From positions 54,720 through 118,719 of the IMG/VR virus record IMGVR_UViG_3300019874_000002: DNA of 64,000 nucleotides. One strand, 5' to 3'. The DNA comes from a virus. Taxonomy: Duplodnaviria; Caudoviricetes. Numbering within the stretch: the first letter of the stretch is position 1; every line of letters begins with the position of its first letter. The notes beneath the pieces are model-generated. The model ran no database searches, had not been told where the DNA came from, and saw only the letters and a list, made by a program, of their open reading frames with translations. Positions 10,738-21,260 of this stretch are shown one piece after another. The translations under genes and the position numbers were made by a program.

Positions 10738-11493
10738 CTAAAATTTCTTTGCAAGTACAGTTCTGCTTGTGCTTCCAAGTTGCCAATACTTCGCACCACT
10801 GAATACGTCAATCCCAGTACCGTGGACAACGCCATCGATAGTTTCTGTCAATCCGTTTCCACCGAGAAGCAAATCATTGGCTGGAATCACCTCAACATCG
10901 CCGTTATCCAGAAAGCGAATTATTGATCCACTTTTGTGTGACACTTCAATCTCTTCATTAGCTTGTAATGTGATTGTCGTGTCCCCACGTTTAATCTGAT
11001 ACGTTCCATCCTTCTGTGTCTCCACAGACGTTCCTTTATGCGTTTGAAACCTCCTAAAACCTTTGTCACGCGTCGCGCCGTAAGTCAACCGGCTATGTGG
11101 CAATACAGCCACAATGACTGCATTATGTTGAGCGCCGTAGTTACAAGTCACCAAAACGCGATCTCCGTCCGATTGCGAGAGCTGCGCTGTCTTTGGGTCA
11201 AATACAGGAGTTGTCGCTCCAAACTGCTGTTGCGCTGCGCGCAAAATATTATCTTCACCATCTTCCATCCCGGATACTTGATCGCACCTGCGACAATTTT
11301 TGTAAATTTGAGATGTTCTCAAATCTCGCACGTCGTATTCCACGTACGTCTTTGAAAGGTTATTCACATCGTCAATGTAGCGAACGGCAATGACGACACA
11401 TTCGACTGTAGCCACCTTTGAATAAGAAGCATGTTCTCCGGACAGTAGAACACCAGACAATCCAGCTTGACGTATGACTGGATACTCTTTCAC
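10738..11493 (-). CDS. Baseplate spike (gpV/gp5-like)
   Basis: GDRVLV OB-fold-like motif, HKSGSIIRF beta repeats, position after hub. Confidence 0.65.
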   Translation of the reverse strand: MKEYPVIRQAGLSGVLLSGEHASYSKVATVECVVIAVRYIDDVNNLSKTYVEYDVRDLRTSQIYKNCRRCDQVSGMEDGEDNILRAAQQQFGATTPVFDPKTAQLSQSDGDRVLVTCNYGAQHNAVIVAVLPHSRLTYGATRDKGFRRFQTHKGTSVETQKDGTYQIKRGDTTITLQANEEIEVSHKSGSIIRFLDNGDVEVIPANDLLLGGNGLTETIDGVVHGTGIDVFSGAKYWQLGSTSRTVLAKKF

Positions 11494-13316
11494 GGCGCTC
11501 CTGGCGCTACAAGCGTAGTCGCTACAGAATCAGGAGACTCTCCACTCGTGAACAGATCAGAAGACTGCACAACCTCATACGGATCAGGATCGAGAGAACC
11601 GCCTTGGTCGGTCCAGAACAAATGTGATTCCATAAACGCGCGCACTGACAAACCTTCGCGCACAATTCCTCGCACCAAATGGAGCGTAGTCCTAGACGCA
11701 TTTGGATTCGGTGAAAACGAATGCTGAACATTCTGCACATAAAAATCAATCACGTGCGTTGTATTCCCTGACGGCGCATACGTCTGGTATGTAATCCTAG
11801 ATTGAACAAACGTCAGCCTTGTTCCAATCCTGATATCTGGCCTAAAACGAAGCGTCATTGAACCTGAAAGCAATCTCTCGTTATAGGCATACCACGTTGT
11901 AATGAGCGATAGGTAAAACTCATACGTTGGTTGAAACGACGACGTAACATCCGCAGGCGACGTATTCTCGTTTGTCCAAAAATAAATACTCTCCCCTTCA
12001 AATCTCCTCAAACCATGCTTCGTAATGGAATCCCTGTTGAGCGTAACACCAAATTGCAAATCAGTAAAAACGTCTGGGCTCGACCCTCCCACAAGACCTG
12101 GGAGCCTCAACCTGAACACATTTTTAATTTCGGCAGAACCGGTGCCCACATCATTTGAAAACACTTCTGTCTCGTACACGATTGACGTAGGCAGCGAATA
12201 AAAACTCAAGGTGTCATATGGCAATTGGCGGTGCACAATAGCAACGGTAGATTGCAAAGGACCAGCCTCTTGTGTCTGCAAAAGCTCTTGAGAAGTCTGG
12301 GAAGCTAATTGCGTTGAGTCCGACAACGCGTCAATCAATCCTGACTGCTCAGCTGAGGCATTACCAAATTTAGACAAAAATTTTTGCGCATAATACGCTG
12401 CTCTTTTATGAGCGTCGTCAAACCCTGGAACAAAATCACGAGTGTCAATGAAGAATTCATTGACCAGTCTGTTTGCATACATATCACAAAGAGACCACAG
12501 ATTCGATGCATTCTGCAGAATCGTCGGCTCATCTCGTTGCTGCATTGCGCCAACCATTGGCGTTTGCACAAATGATTTAGTATCCAAAAACGAAAACAAA
12601 GACACTGCCTTGTTTCCAGGAAACCTAAACGGTGTCAGCGGCGTTGTCGTCGGATTTGTAGGCTTTGAGGTAAACAAATCAGTAGGGTCAAATTTCTGAC
12701 CTATCGCTAGCGTCACAAAATTCTGTTTTAGAGAGTAATAAACCGCTAGCATCGTTTGAACCACTACACTCGGTCCACCGCGCGCAGCGCTATTTGTAAA
12801 TGCTTGTACAAACTGCGCGTAGAAATCACGCATTACTAAACCGCCAAATGCAGCATCGTAAATCGTGGGAGTTTCCATCAAAATCTTCCCAAGGTCTCTC
12901 CCATTAATCGAGACTCTCGTAATCGTGGCCCCTGTTCCAGAAACAGACCTAGTCTCTCGGACCGTATCTACCGACACCAGCATAATCAATGTTTCCGACG
13001 ACACTTTATCAGCACGACCATACACGAGGAGAACATCCTCTGGCTGCACCATGTTCAAATAATCGCGACGTGGAAACAATTGAACGCTGCAAACACCAGC
13101 TGGAGACTCCGTGTCCTTGCTCGTCGATAGGCTCGCAATGTCACTTTCCCCATTCGTGCTAAACTCAGAACCACCGCTGTTCTTTGCTGCAATCTGCGCG
13201 AGCCTTGAGAACGGATCGTCTCCTGTAATCTTGGCATCACCAAAACCGCCAAACCAAACAATACGAGTTTGGGCATAGCCCTCGATCACTTTCGGTATAT
13301 TAATGTCAACGCTCAT
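11490..13316 (-). CDS. Baseplate hub protein
   Basis: 608 aa after tape measure; INGRDLGKIL, SGSMTL..RPDIRIG, FYVQNVQHSF...TTLHLVRG motifs. Confidence 0.7.
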   Translation of the reverse strand: MSVDINIPKVIEGYAQTRIVWFGGFGDAKITGDDPFSRLAQIAAKNSGGSEFSTNGESDIASLSTSKDTESPAGVCSVQLFPRRDYLNMVQPEDVLLVYGRADKVSSETLIMLVSVDTVRETRSVSGTGATITRVSINGRDLGKILMETPTIYDAAFGGLVMRDFYAQFVQAFTNSAARGGPSVVVQTMLAVYYSLKQNFVTLAIGQKFDPTDLFTSKPTNPTTTPLTPFRFPGNKAVSLFSFLDTKSFVQTPMVGAMQQRDEPTILQNASNLWSLCDMYANRLVNEFFIDTRDFVPGFDDAHKRAAYYAQKFLSKFGNASAEQSGLIDALSDSTQLASQTSQELLQTQEAGPLQSTVAIVHRQLPYDTLSFYSLPTSIVYETEVFSNDVGTGSAEIKNVFRLRLPGLVGGSSPDVFTDLQFGVTLNRDSITKHGLRRFEGESIYFWTNENTSPADVTSSFQPTYEFYLSLITTWYAYNERLLSGSMTLRFRPDIRIGTRLTFVQSRITYQTYAPSGNTTHVIDFYVQNVQHSFSPNPNASRTTLHLVRGIVREGLSVRAFMESHLFWTDQGGSLDPDPYEVVQSSDLFTSGESPDSVATTLVAPGAP

Positions 13317-15508
13317 TTGTGTTTCGCTGGCGTGTCTCCAGGAGCTGGTTTCCTGGATTCTACTGCATGACGCTGCACCTCTTTATGTGCGTCAATACCA
13401 CTATCAGTCTTGTCCACAATCGTAATCTTTATATTCTTCGCGTTATCCAACGCCCCTTGCGCTTGAGCATTCACCAGCTTGTAAACCGTCTTATACATTT
13501 CCTCAAATGACACCGGTGCTCGATGCAATTGAGATTGAGCTGTGTCCAAAGCTTGTTTCTCGATACCAACACCTCCGTGGTTAAGCTTTGTCAACCTCAG
13601 GATATCGGTGTCGCTCCACTTCAAACCATACGCTTGCGCGTTCTCCTTGGCGACCTTTGAGTATTTGCCCACCAATTTTGCGCCCCACATCATCGCAGCG
13701 GATGGATCTTTCGACAAATTCTTATGCTCGCCTTCAGTCATTCCCAAACCGCCAGCCTCGGAATCCGCAAATGATGTCTTTCCATGCCCACCCATAATCT
13801 GGAACAAACCACGCTCATTCAAATTCGTTACCTGCGAATTGTCTCCTCCAGACTCCTCACTAATCCACGCTTGCAGAAACGACGGTGGAACCCCCATCTT
13901 TCCAGCGTAATCATTTATTTGATTGCTCAATGATGTTACTTTATTTGGATTACCAACCCAAGGATTAACCTTCCTCATTGCGCCAGCTTTTACGTCCTCT
14001 TCCGTCGACAGTCCAAATCCCTCACGAATCTTCCGGACCATATTTGCAAAACCAGTCTTGGATGATTCTGCGTTCACTTGCTGCCGATGCAGGCCGATCA
14101 AACCCTCTTTCTCTGGCGCATTCACCGCCGCTGTAAATTGAGCGGTACTCCCTTCGATGTCTACCGTCGAGCCTTGCCCTGAAGCGAGATTGTCCATTAT
14201 CAATTGAATCTTCGCCTCGCCCATTCCTGTAAGCAGTGCCAAACCTCCAACGATCCGCGCCTTCCCTGCAGCATTGGCTTTCTTGTATTCCGGCAACGCT
14301 CTCTGAAAATTCGTACTAATCAAATCCTCATGGCTCACACCACCAACTGTATCGAGTCCTTTCGCCAAAGCTAGTTTAGCCTCGAAAAACGTTTTACCAC
14401 GCCCAAACCCAGCCGCAGCCAACGCTGTCATTTGAGTATACCCGGTTTGGCCTTGGGCTAAACCTTTCAAAGACTGGTCCATTCCTTGAGCGGCTGCGGT
14501 ATTACCTCTGAACTGAGAACCCAATTGAGATATGAACATAAACCGATCAGCTGTCGCTTTAACATCCGTTGTCGCTTCCGTGTTCGCCTCTATTGCGCCG
14601 GACAGCTGGTCCATCACCTCGCCAAGCCGACCACGCCCAATCCCCTCACCAACCTGCAAGCCAAACGCGGCACCAAACAGCTTTGTTTGATCGTCGCCTT
14701 TGCCAATCGTTCCAGTCCGATAACCAGCACTCTGCAAATTCATCATTTGGCTTCCAATGCCAAACTCGTTCTCACCGCGCATGATACCTGCGATACCTCT
14801 GTCATCGCCTTGGCGCCGACTCATCTGCGTTTGCAGAGACGAAAACCTATCCGAATTGAATCCTAATTGCTTCCGCTCCGAATTTACTAGGTCTCTTGGA
14901 TCTAATAGCTGATTTGCGCCACCAACACCTCCAACCTGGTACCCTCGCAATGCAGCCTCTTTGACACGATCATCTGCGTCCAAAGCTTGAATCGCCACGC
15001 CACTAATAGCGCTAAAAATTGGAGCTAGTTGTGGAGCCAACATATTGGCAATCGAATTGCCAAGCTGCATCCCTCCTTGCAATGAACCACCAGAGAATGC
15101 GTAATTACCTCCAGCCGTAATGCCTTGACCAATCCCCTGTACTGTTTTATGGAATTGGTAATCCCTGCGCTGGCGTCGGAGGTCGCCAGCCTCTGTAAGC
15201 TCGGCACTCCCTCCAAAGCGACCGCGATTGCGTTCAAAGCGATCTGCGCGCGCAATATCTCGTTTCTGCCGCTCAACCTTCAAAAGCTCAAGCGCAATCT
15301 TGTGCTGCGCCTCAAGCTCTTTCGTGGTTTTAGCAACTGGCGTTTGACTCCACGATTGACCAGCTACTGATTTAATACCCATCACGCTCGCAAGCGAAGC
15401 GCCGAGCTTTGCAAAGCGAGATTGCGCACCCTCCGCCATCTTGTCCACGTCTTTAAGAAACGCAGGCACATCGGCGTCAATTACAAATGTTGCGTCAGAA
15501 TCACTCAT
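13313..15508 (-). CDS. Tape measure protein with C-terminal lytic transglycosylase (SLT) domain
   Basis: Ala/Gly-rich helical body; SLT-like motifs ISEESGG, GLFQI, LNHGG; follows tail chaperones. Confidence 0.8.
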   Translation of the reverse strand: MSDSDATFVIDADVPAFLKDVDKMAEGAQSRFAKLGASLASVMGIKSVAGQSWSQTPVAKTTKELEAQHKIALELLKVERQKRDIARADRFERNRGRFGGSAELTEAGDLRRQRRDYQFHKTVQGIGQGITAGGNYAFSGGSLQGGMQLGNSIANMLAPQLAPIFSAISGVAIQALDADDRVKEAALRGYQVGGVGGANQLLDPRDLVNSERKQLGFNSDRFSSLQTQMSRRQGDDRGIAGIMRGENEFGIGSQMMNLQSAGYRTGTIGKGDDQTKLFGAAFGLQVGEGIGRGRLGEVMDQLSGAIEANTEATTDVKATADRFMFISQLGSQFRGNTAAAQGMDQSLKGLAQGQTGYTQMTALAAAGFGRGKTFFEAKLALAKGLDTVGGVSHEDLISTNFQRALPEYKKANAAGKARIVGGLALLTGMGEAKIQLIMDNLASGQGSTVDIEGSTAQFTAAVNAPEKEGLIGLHRQQVNAESSKTGFANMVRKIREGFGLSTEEDVKAGAMRKVNPWVGNPNKVTSLSNQINDYAGKMGVPPSFLQAWISEESGGDNSQVTNLNERGLFQIMGGHGKTSFADSEAGGLGMTEGEHKNLSKDPSAAMMWGAKLVGKYSKVAKENAQAYGLKWSDTDILRLTKLNHGGVGIEKQALDTAQSQLHRAPVSFEEMYKTVYKLVNAQAQGALDNAKNIKITIVDKTDSGIDAHKEVQRHAVESRKPAPGDTPAKHK

Positions 15509-16000
15509 GATTTATCATAGCTATCATCAAAGCCACCAACCAAACTAGACAAAAAGTCTGCGCTCTCATTTGCAGGAACAGGCAGCTTACTCGGTTCTGC
15601 CTTCAAACGCGATGCAGCAATTTCTGGAAATTGCTCCTCGTCACTACGTTTGGTATACGCTTTGAAGCGTTTCAAGAAATCAGGATCAACGCCAGCATCC
15701 CAATCAATCTCGTCGAAGCGACCTTCCGCTCTCTTCTTTTCCCAATCGTCTATTATCGGATCGCCAGTCTTAAATTGAACATTTGTCGTATCTTTGCTTG
15801 GGAAAGCTTCGTTCGGATCATCTTCAATCGCATACATGAAATACTCTATCTGCAACTCTTCTAGAGTATACGTTTGAAGCACCGGATCCTTTAATGGCCT
15901 CTTATACTTCTTGCACCACCACCATTGCAGCTCATCGTGTGCTAATCGAGCTGCAGCGACTGCTCTCAGCTTTTCGTAATCATTTTCCCACAGGCTTAAG
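15505..16000 (-). CDS. Tail assembly chaperone, frameshift-extended C-terminal part
   Basis: Frame is open upstream of the track's GTG (15882) into the previous gene and encodes WWCKKYKRPLKDP there; no ATG/RBS of its own. Confidence 0.6.
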
Positions 16001-16405
16001 AAACGACTGCTGAAACGCGAGCACCTCCAAATAAGCTCGCTGCATTGGTTCTGAATCGTACATCTTGGTATTAAACCACGGTGGAGATTGAATCACGCAC
16101 ACAGAACAAACGGCCATCCACTCGTGCAATAGCGCCGTATTCCTGTCGATAGACGACGGTGGTTTGTCTTCGCGCAATTCCGCCATCATCGTGCCGATAC
16201 GCGCGCGTTCCTCGATGTTTGGCCGTTTGATTGTAAATTCTCCAGACTGCTTCACATCGTCTTCGTCGAGCCAATCCATGAAAAATCGCTTCGTGTAACG
16301 AACATCCTTCGCCTTCGCGGCACCCTCTGGCGTGATATCTCTAATCTCTATGCGATCTTTAGGTTTCTCTGCTGTCGCCTCTTCTGGCTTCTTCTCTTCT
16401 TCCAT
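15980..16405 (-). CDS. Tail assembly chaperone
   Basis: Between tube and tape measure; GEFTIKRP...PPWF motifs. Confidence 0.7.
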   Translation of the reverse strand: MEEEKKPEEATAEKPKDRIEIRDITPEGAAKAKDVRYTKRFFMDWLDEDDVKQSGEFTIKRPNIEERARIGTMMAELREDKPPSSIDRNTALLHEWMAVCSVCVIQSPPWFNTKMYDSEPMQRAYLEVLAFQQSFLKPVGK

Positions 16406-16420
16406 AACTCCTTCTCCTTT

Positions 16421-16906
16421 TTACACAATCTCTGATTCATCAAGCATTCTGAGCGCCACAAATGACACATTCTGTGTCACTACCCCACGAGCCTGGATAC
16501 TGAAATTTTGTGTCGTCGGCTTTACACCTTCAATCACATACAGCACCTTTCCAGAATTGCGATCCTGGATAAATACCGTAACCGGTGTCAGCAAAAGAAT
16601 GCGCTCGCCACGCGTTCCAAACTTCGGATAAATCCCCTGCTCTTTGAGAGAGCCAGGAGCAACATCGGTGCTAGCGCCAGATGCTACCGTCCGAACAATC
16701 GCGCAATTGAGCGTGCAGCGATATCCGGTAGGTACGTGCTCTTTAACTGGCAAGTGATCTAGAACCTCCACCGGTTCCATCGTGATCTCTTCGCTACCGT
16801 CGCATCCAGTAGCGTAAGCGACCTGTGTTCCGTTCATATAGAAACGTGCGCGAGCGCCAGAAAAGCTTCTGGTACCCACGTCGCTAAATGGTAATTCGTT
16901 TGCCAC
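16421..16906 (-). CDS. Tail tube protein
   Basis: 161 aa after sheath; FSGARARFY..G..V.YA, EHVPTGY, NVSFVAL. Confidence 0.8.
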   Translation of the reverse strand: MANELPFSDVGTRSFSGARARFYMNGTQVAYATGCDGSEEITMEPVEVLDHLPVKEHVPTGYRCTLNCAIVRTVASGASTDVAPGSLKEQGIYPKFGTRGERILLLTPVTVFIQDRNSGKVLYVIEGVKPTTQNFSIQARGVVTQNVSFVALRMLDESEIV

Positions 16907-16926
16907 GGCTCAACTCCTTTCAAGAA

Positions 16927-18708
16927 TTAGAGAGAGAATTGCGCCGGTACGAGAACGGCGGTATTCAGAACAAAATTAATGCCTGACGTTGGAGACACGT
17001 TTGCAGACACACTCAACACATCATTGGTCGCGCTAACAAGAATGTTTTGATAACCAGGCGTCCGTACGCCATTGACAAGGCTATCCGTGATTACACCTTG
17101 GTCTCGCAAATCACGGAAAATACCAGCGGAGAATGGCTTCACCGTGAGCACCCTTCCTGCGCTCAGGGGTCTTCCAACGTATTGACGTTCCAGCGCCGTT
17201 CGCCAGGTTGACGCAATCAGCTTCCAACCTTGTACAATTGATTCTTCGATAAATGCGTCGTTATTGCTCTTGGTATACGTCGTGATTCCCTTCTCGATGA
17301 CAAACCCACGCCCTTGGACCAATGTTGAAAAGAGAACACCGTTCAAGAGCAAATCTACAATGTCATTCGCATTGCTCGTGCTCCACGACGCATCATTCGT
17401 GAGTGCGCTTGCCTTGATAACCTTCTTCGTCAAAGGTTCGCTCAATGGCGCGCCAGCGCGCATTCCAGCCAAGATCACCGCATACGCCCACTCATCAAAC
17501 TGCGTCAGGTTTGCTGTCACAGCTGACGGACGTGTCGGTTTCTGGCTACTCAAACACACGTGCTCGCTGTTAAGCGCTTGCGCCGCAAGAATAAGGTTTG
17601 CTTTGGTCCCCTGAAACGATGCCCAACCTTGACGCTCACTCCTACCGGCCGTTGCGCTCATCAGCTGACAGTGCGATTGCAAACCAGCATTGATCGACGC
17701 TAGCGTATACGTTCCTTCAATCGCATTCGCGTCTCTCGATGCCAGCGTTACCAGCTGATTGAGATTGACTCCACTCATTGCTGTAAACGCGTTTGCCCAA
17801 TCCGAGTTTGCCGACGTCCCTCGAGTCCCTCCAGCGAGCGCCGTCTTCGTGAGCACAACGCGCGGACCAGTCTGACCCTTTGTCAGCACACTGTTAATCA
17901 GAGAGCTGTTGCTATTCAGCCAATCACTCAAGTCAAAGTTATTTGACATGATGACAACTGGCGCAGCCTTGATTGTAACTCCTGCGAGAGCATCCAGATT
18001 GCTCGGATCAAACGACGCAGCGTTTGTGATCAACGTTGTCACTGCGTACTTCCCAGTACCTGCGATAAAGAACAGGATATCAGCCAAGCTGTTGTATTGG
18101 CTAAATGTAATATTCAGCTGATCAACAGCACCTGCATTTGCTGTCGTCAATGTCGTAGCAGTAATCGTGATTGTCGACGTCGCGGCAGCACCGGTATACT
18201 GAATTGAAAATTTACCAAACTTCGTCGGATCTCCAAACTCAGGAGACGTCTCGGTAATCAAATTACCAAACGAATCAATACCTGTGATTTGAACCGTTCG
18301 CAGGTTACCACCGGTTGACGTGATTGTGGCTTGAATGCTGTTTGTCTGCAAACCCCAATCTTTGGAGTTGAACGTAAACGTGGTGTCGTGGACAAACGTG
18401 GATTGCGTACTACCGTTTGTTTTATAGCAAACCAACGTTTGAGCACCTGCAGGAATCAGCGGATCGTTTCCAGGATCAGAAGCAATCTGCGCCGCTTCGA
18501 CGAGATTGCCGCTGCGGTACAATGCTTTTACTGCAGCTGATGCATTGAATACTTGAGTGAGCCTAGGTGGACCGCCATCCGCATCTCCAATCAAGCCAAC
18601 AACGCCAAGCCCTAAAAGAGCAACGCTATTGAATTGAGACGCATCGATCTTGGTGTATGCCCCAGGACGTGTCAGGACAGCGCCATTAAATAAAATTTGC
18701 CGAGTCAC
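16927..18708 (-). CDS. Tail sheath protein
   Basis: RPGAYTKID, GLIGDADGG, YRSGNL, SKDWG, EPLTKK, KGITTY, INFV motifs; 593 aa. Confidence 0.92.
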   Translation of the reverse strand: MTRQILFNGAVLTRPGAYTKIDASQFNSVALLGLGVVGLIGDADGGPPRLTQVFNASAAVKALYRSGNLVEAAQIASDPGNDPLIPAGAQTLVCYKTNGSTQSTFVHDTTFTFNSKDWGLQTNSIQATITSTGGNLRTVQITGIDSFGNLITETSPEFGDPTKFGKFSIQYTGAAATSTITITATTLTTANAGAVDQLNITFSQYNSLADILFFIAGTGKYAVTTLITNAASFDPSNLDALAGVTIKAAPVVIMSNNFDLSDWLNSNSSLINSVLTKGQTGPRVVLTKTALAGGTRGTSANSDWANAFTAMSGVNLNQLVTLASRDANAIEGTYTLASINAGLQSHCQLMSATAGRSERQGWASFQGTKANLILAAQALNSEHVCLSSQKPTRPSAVTANLTQFDEWAYAVILAGMRAGAPLSEPLTKKVIKASALTNDASWSTSNANDIVDLLLNGVLFSTLVQGRGFVIEKGITTYTKSNNDAFIEESIVQGWKLIASTWRTALERQYVGRPLSAGRVLTVKPFSAGIFRDLRDQGVITDSLVNGVRTPGYQNILVSATNDVLSVSANVSPTSGINFVLNTAVLVPAQFSL

Positions 18709-18717
18709 TTTGACCTC

Positions 18718-18981
18718 CTAGAACGTGGAAAATATATCGTCGAAAACGAATACCGTAGCTATCCTGACTTTTGTAAATGCCAGCCTCATAGACTGGTGAA
18801 TTGGATCATGAATACGCCGATGCGAAAAGTACGCTTCAATCGACATAGCCTCTGGATGCTCACCATAGAGCTGACGTAATCCAATCTCTTCTTCTATGTC
18901 GGCCATCGATTTAATCGTCGCAAACTTCTCTCCGGCAAACTTCTTTCCAAGCTTGACCTCATCGCCAGGCTGATCACTCAT
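18718..18981 (-). CDS. Hypothetical protein upstream of sheath
   Basis: 87 aa, ATGA overlap with upstream gene, GGAG RBS. Confidence 0.55.
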   Translation of the reverse strand: MSDQPGDEVKLGKKFAGEKFATIKSMADIEEEIGLRQLYGEHPEAMSIEAYFSHRRIHDPIHQSMRLAFTKVRIATVFVFDDIFSTF

Positions 18982-19754
18982 TGAATAACTCCTTGAGCAG
19001 CGCCGCCAAATAGGAAACTTGACAGCGACACGTTTACACTCCCAATCGTGTAATCTGGCTTGAGAGCAACATCAAAATTCATATCATATTCAAGCGATAG
19101 AACCTTGAAATACGCAAAGCTTGGAAACAGCTCTGGATTATGTTGAAAATCGTTACCACTCATTTTCATATTTCGAGCGCCAGCATACCTATCAAAATCA
19201 ATCTTGTTCGCTAGCAATAGCGCTTTAATAGTCACGTACAGATACAACGTCGCATCGACGTTCTCCGTTGCAATATAAATCTTCGTCGTGTGGCTCTCAG
19301 GCACTGATAGAAGCTGTCGTGACTGCGTAGCTCGTGGCCGATTGTCTGGCACGAACATCTGACCATACAGAGAGGGAGCTGTTTGAATATTGGATGACGC
19401 TACAACACTGTGCGCTCCAATCAACATTTGGCCTCCATCATCTGCGAGGTACGTCTCTCCAGTCTTCTCCGTCTCGCTTGCATTGACAATGCAAACGAAT
19501 GGAATTTGCATGTTATCTCGAGGATAATTAATGATGAAATGAAGATTTGTGTTCTCAGAAAACCAACGCTTCGCTTGTAAACGAACCTCGTCACCATAGC
19601 GCCCGAACATCTCGTCAAAAAACAAGTCGCCAGGAGCCGCGATGTCTCGCTGAATTTGCTTGAACTGATATGCGAGAAATTGACGGAGCAACTCCTCAAA
19701 AAACAGATTGCCGATAAATCCGTTTGGCGTTTGCGTTCTAGGATCAACGGTCAT
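18978..19754 (-). CDS. Tail completion/terminator protein
   Basis: NYPRD..QIPFVCIV..SE.E pattern and position. Confidence 0.55.
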   Translation of the reverse strand: MTVDPRTQTPNGFIGNLFFEELLRQFLAYQFKQIQRDIAAPGDLFFDEMFGRYGDEVRLQAKRWFSENTNLHFIINYPRDNMQIPFVCIVNASETEKTGETYLADDGGQMLIGAHSVVASSNIQTAPSLYGQMFVPDNRPRATQSRQLLSVPESHTTKIYIATENVDATLYLYVTIKALLLANKIDFDRYAGARNMKMSGNDFQHNPELFPSFAYFKVLSLEYDMNFDVALKPDYTIGSVNVSLSSFLFGGAAQGVIQ

Positions 19755-20473
19755 TTAGACCTCAATCCGCGCTTAACCATCTCACGCTTAAAGATAGATT
19801 TCAGTACAAGCTTTGGAAAATTTTTCAATTGCCTCAAAGCGCGAAGACCTTCATACCCAGGATGCCACCAAGCATTCGCATCGCTATTACTAGAGATCCG
19901 ACGAATCGTTTGGTATGACGATTTCCCAGAAGACCTTGTCCTCAGCATATCGGAATAAACGCTCGTCACATGCTTTGAACTGGCAGCTGGAATCGTACCA
20001 GTAACGCGCAATGGATTACGCTCAGCTCTACCGCCCCATCTCGCGGAGATCCGCTCCGTTTGCACTGCTGCCTGAATCTGCGCCTTCACCAATGGAGGCA
20101 TTCCTTGGCTTCTCACATTCGCTCGCATCTCATGCTTGAATGGCACATCAATGTAGCGATTACCCTTTTCGCTAGTCTTCGCGTTTGGAGAAGCTAATAA
20201 CTTAGGCTTCAAGTCTCGAGACGGATACCCAACCTCTATATCCTTTGCGACGCCTTCCATCTTGACGACAATACGAGTTGCGGTAGCTGTGACCGCGCCA
20301 GCCAAAGCATCCGTAAATAGCTTTGCGGTGTTATGCAGCTTTGTATCTGCGATTTTAGATAGCACTTCAACAACTTTCGACGCGCCCACAACCATTGTTG
20401 CAGCAAGCGCATCGTTCATCTTCCCGGACAACTTACCTTTGAAACGGGAATGGATTTTTAACGTCACCTTCAC
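19751..20473 (-). CDS. Neck/tail completion protein
   Basis: IEVG...DLK..LL.S..AK....G.RYIDVPF.H and YQTIRRISSNS..NAWWHPG motifs. Confidence 0.6.
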   Translation of the reverse strand: MKVTLKIHSRFKGKLSGKMNDALAATMVVGASKVVEVLSKIADTKLHNTAKLFTDALAGAVTATATRIVVKMEGVAKDIEVGYPSRDLKPKLLASPNAKTSEKGNRYIDVPFKHEMRANVRSQGMPPLVKAQIQAAVQTERISARWGGRAERNPLRVTGTIPAASSKHVTSVYSDMLRTRSSGKSSYQTIRRISSNSDANAWWHPGYEGLRALRQLKNFPKLVLKSIFKREMVKRGLRSK

Positions 20474-21260
20474 TCGGCACGTCTAGCCCTTCGTTACGTG
20501 TAAACGCATCCAATTGTGCAATTACCTGCACTGGAAATTCAAACGGTGCAGGTACATTTTCCAATGATGGAATCAATTGGTCGCGAACGTGATGCGACGT
20601 ATCTTGCACAATGTAAACCGGCCGGTAGTAGTACACAATTGAAAAATACGTATCGGCGTCCGGTCGGTGCGCTGTCAACCAAACAAGCTCTCCAGTTAGA
20701 GTGTTGACCGTAAAATCTTCTGCATTTGCCGTAGCAAACTCCTGGTCACCCACAGCCCAAATAATCCTCTCCACGCTCAGAATATTAAACTTTGGTCTGT
20801 CGGTCAAAGAACTGCGCTGGCGAAGGATGCTCTCAGTATGGCGCGCTCGAGCATTAACCAAAGTAACTCGGTCCCAAAACGATACCTTGAATTCAGGATA
20901 CGCGGTGATCTGAGCTTTACCAGAATCGAATCGCCCGTACGCAAAATATTGTGATGATAGTCCTAGAGACGTGATTAGCATCTGAGTCACCACTGGATTA
21001 AAATAGATGAATCCTGAATGGCAAACTCGACAATTTATATCATGTGCACGCGGACTCGGCCCTTTAATAAAAGGACAATACTGTGCAGTCTCCCAAATGA
21101 CATTGTATCCGTGGACTTTTATCAATTGCGTAAACTTGTCGCGGTCAAATGGCACGCTAAATCCGGATACGTCTGAACGCACGAATGGAGATACCGACGG
21201 CTGCCCTATCGCGGTCGGTCCGCCACCGACAATAACGCCACCTGTTCGATTGACGCCCAT
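20433..21260 (-). CDS. Head closure (neck) protein
   Basis: CP...C..C.SGFIY, WDRVTL; position after adaptor. Confidence 0.6.
   Translation of the reverse strand: MGVNRTGGVIVGGGPTAIGQPSVSPFVRSDVSGFSVPFDRDKFTQLIKVHGYNVIWETAQYCPFIKGPSPRAHDINCRVCHSGFIYFNPVVTQMLITSLGLSSQYFAYGRFDSGKAQITAYPEFKVSFWDRVTLVNARARHTESILRQRSSLTDRPKFNILSVERIIWAVGDQEFATANAEDFTVNTLTGELVWLTAHRPDADTYFSIVYYYRPVYIVQDTSHHVRDQLIPSLENVPAPFEFPVQVIAQLDAFTRNEGLDVPSEGDVKNPFPFQR

Noticed and set aside
15983-15989. G GGA AAA as the tail chaperone -1 slip site
   Set aside because: The -1 frame reads MITKS then stops and does not reach the downstream chaperone frame.
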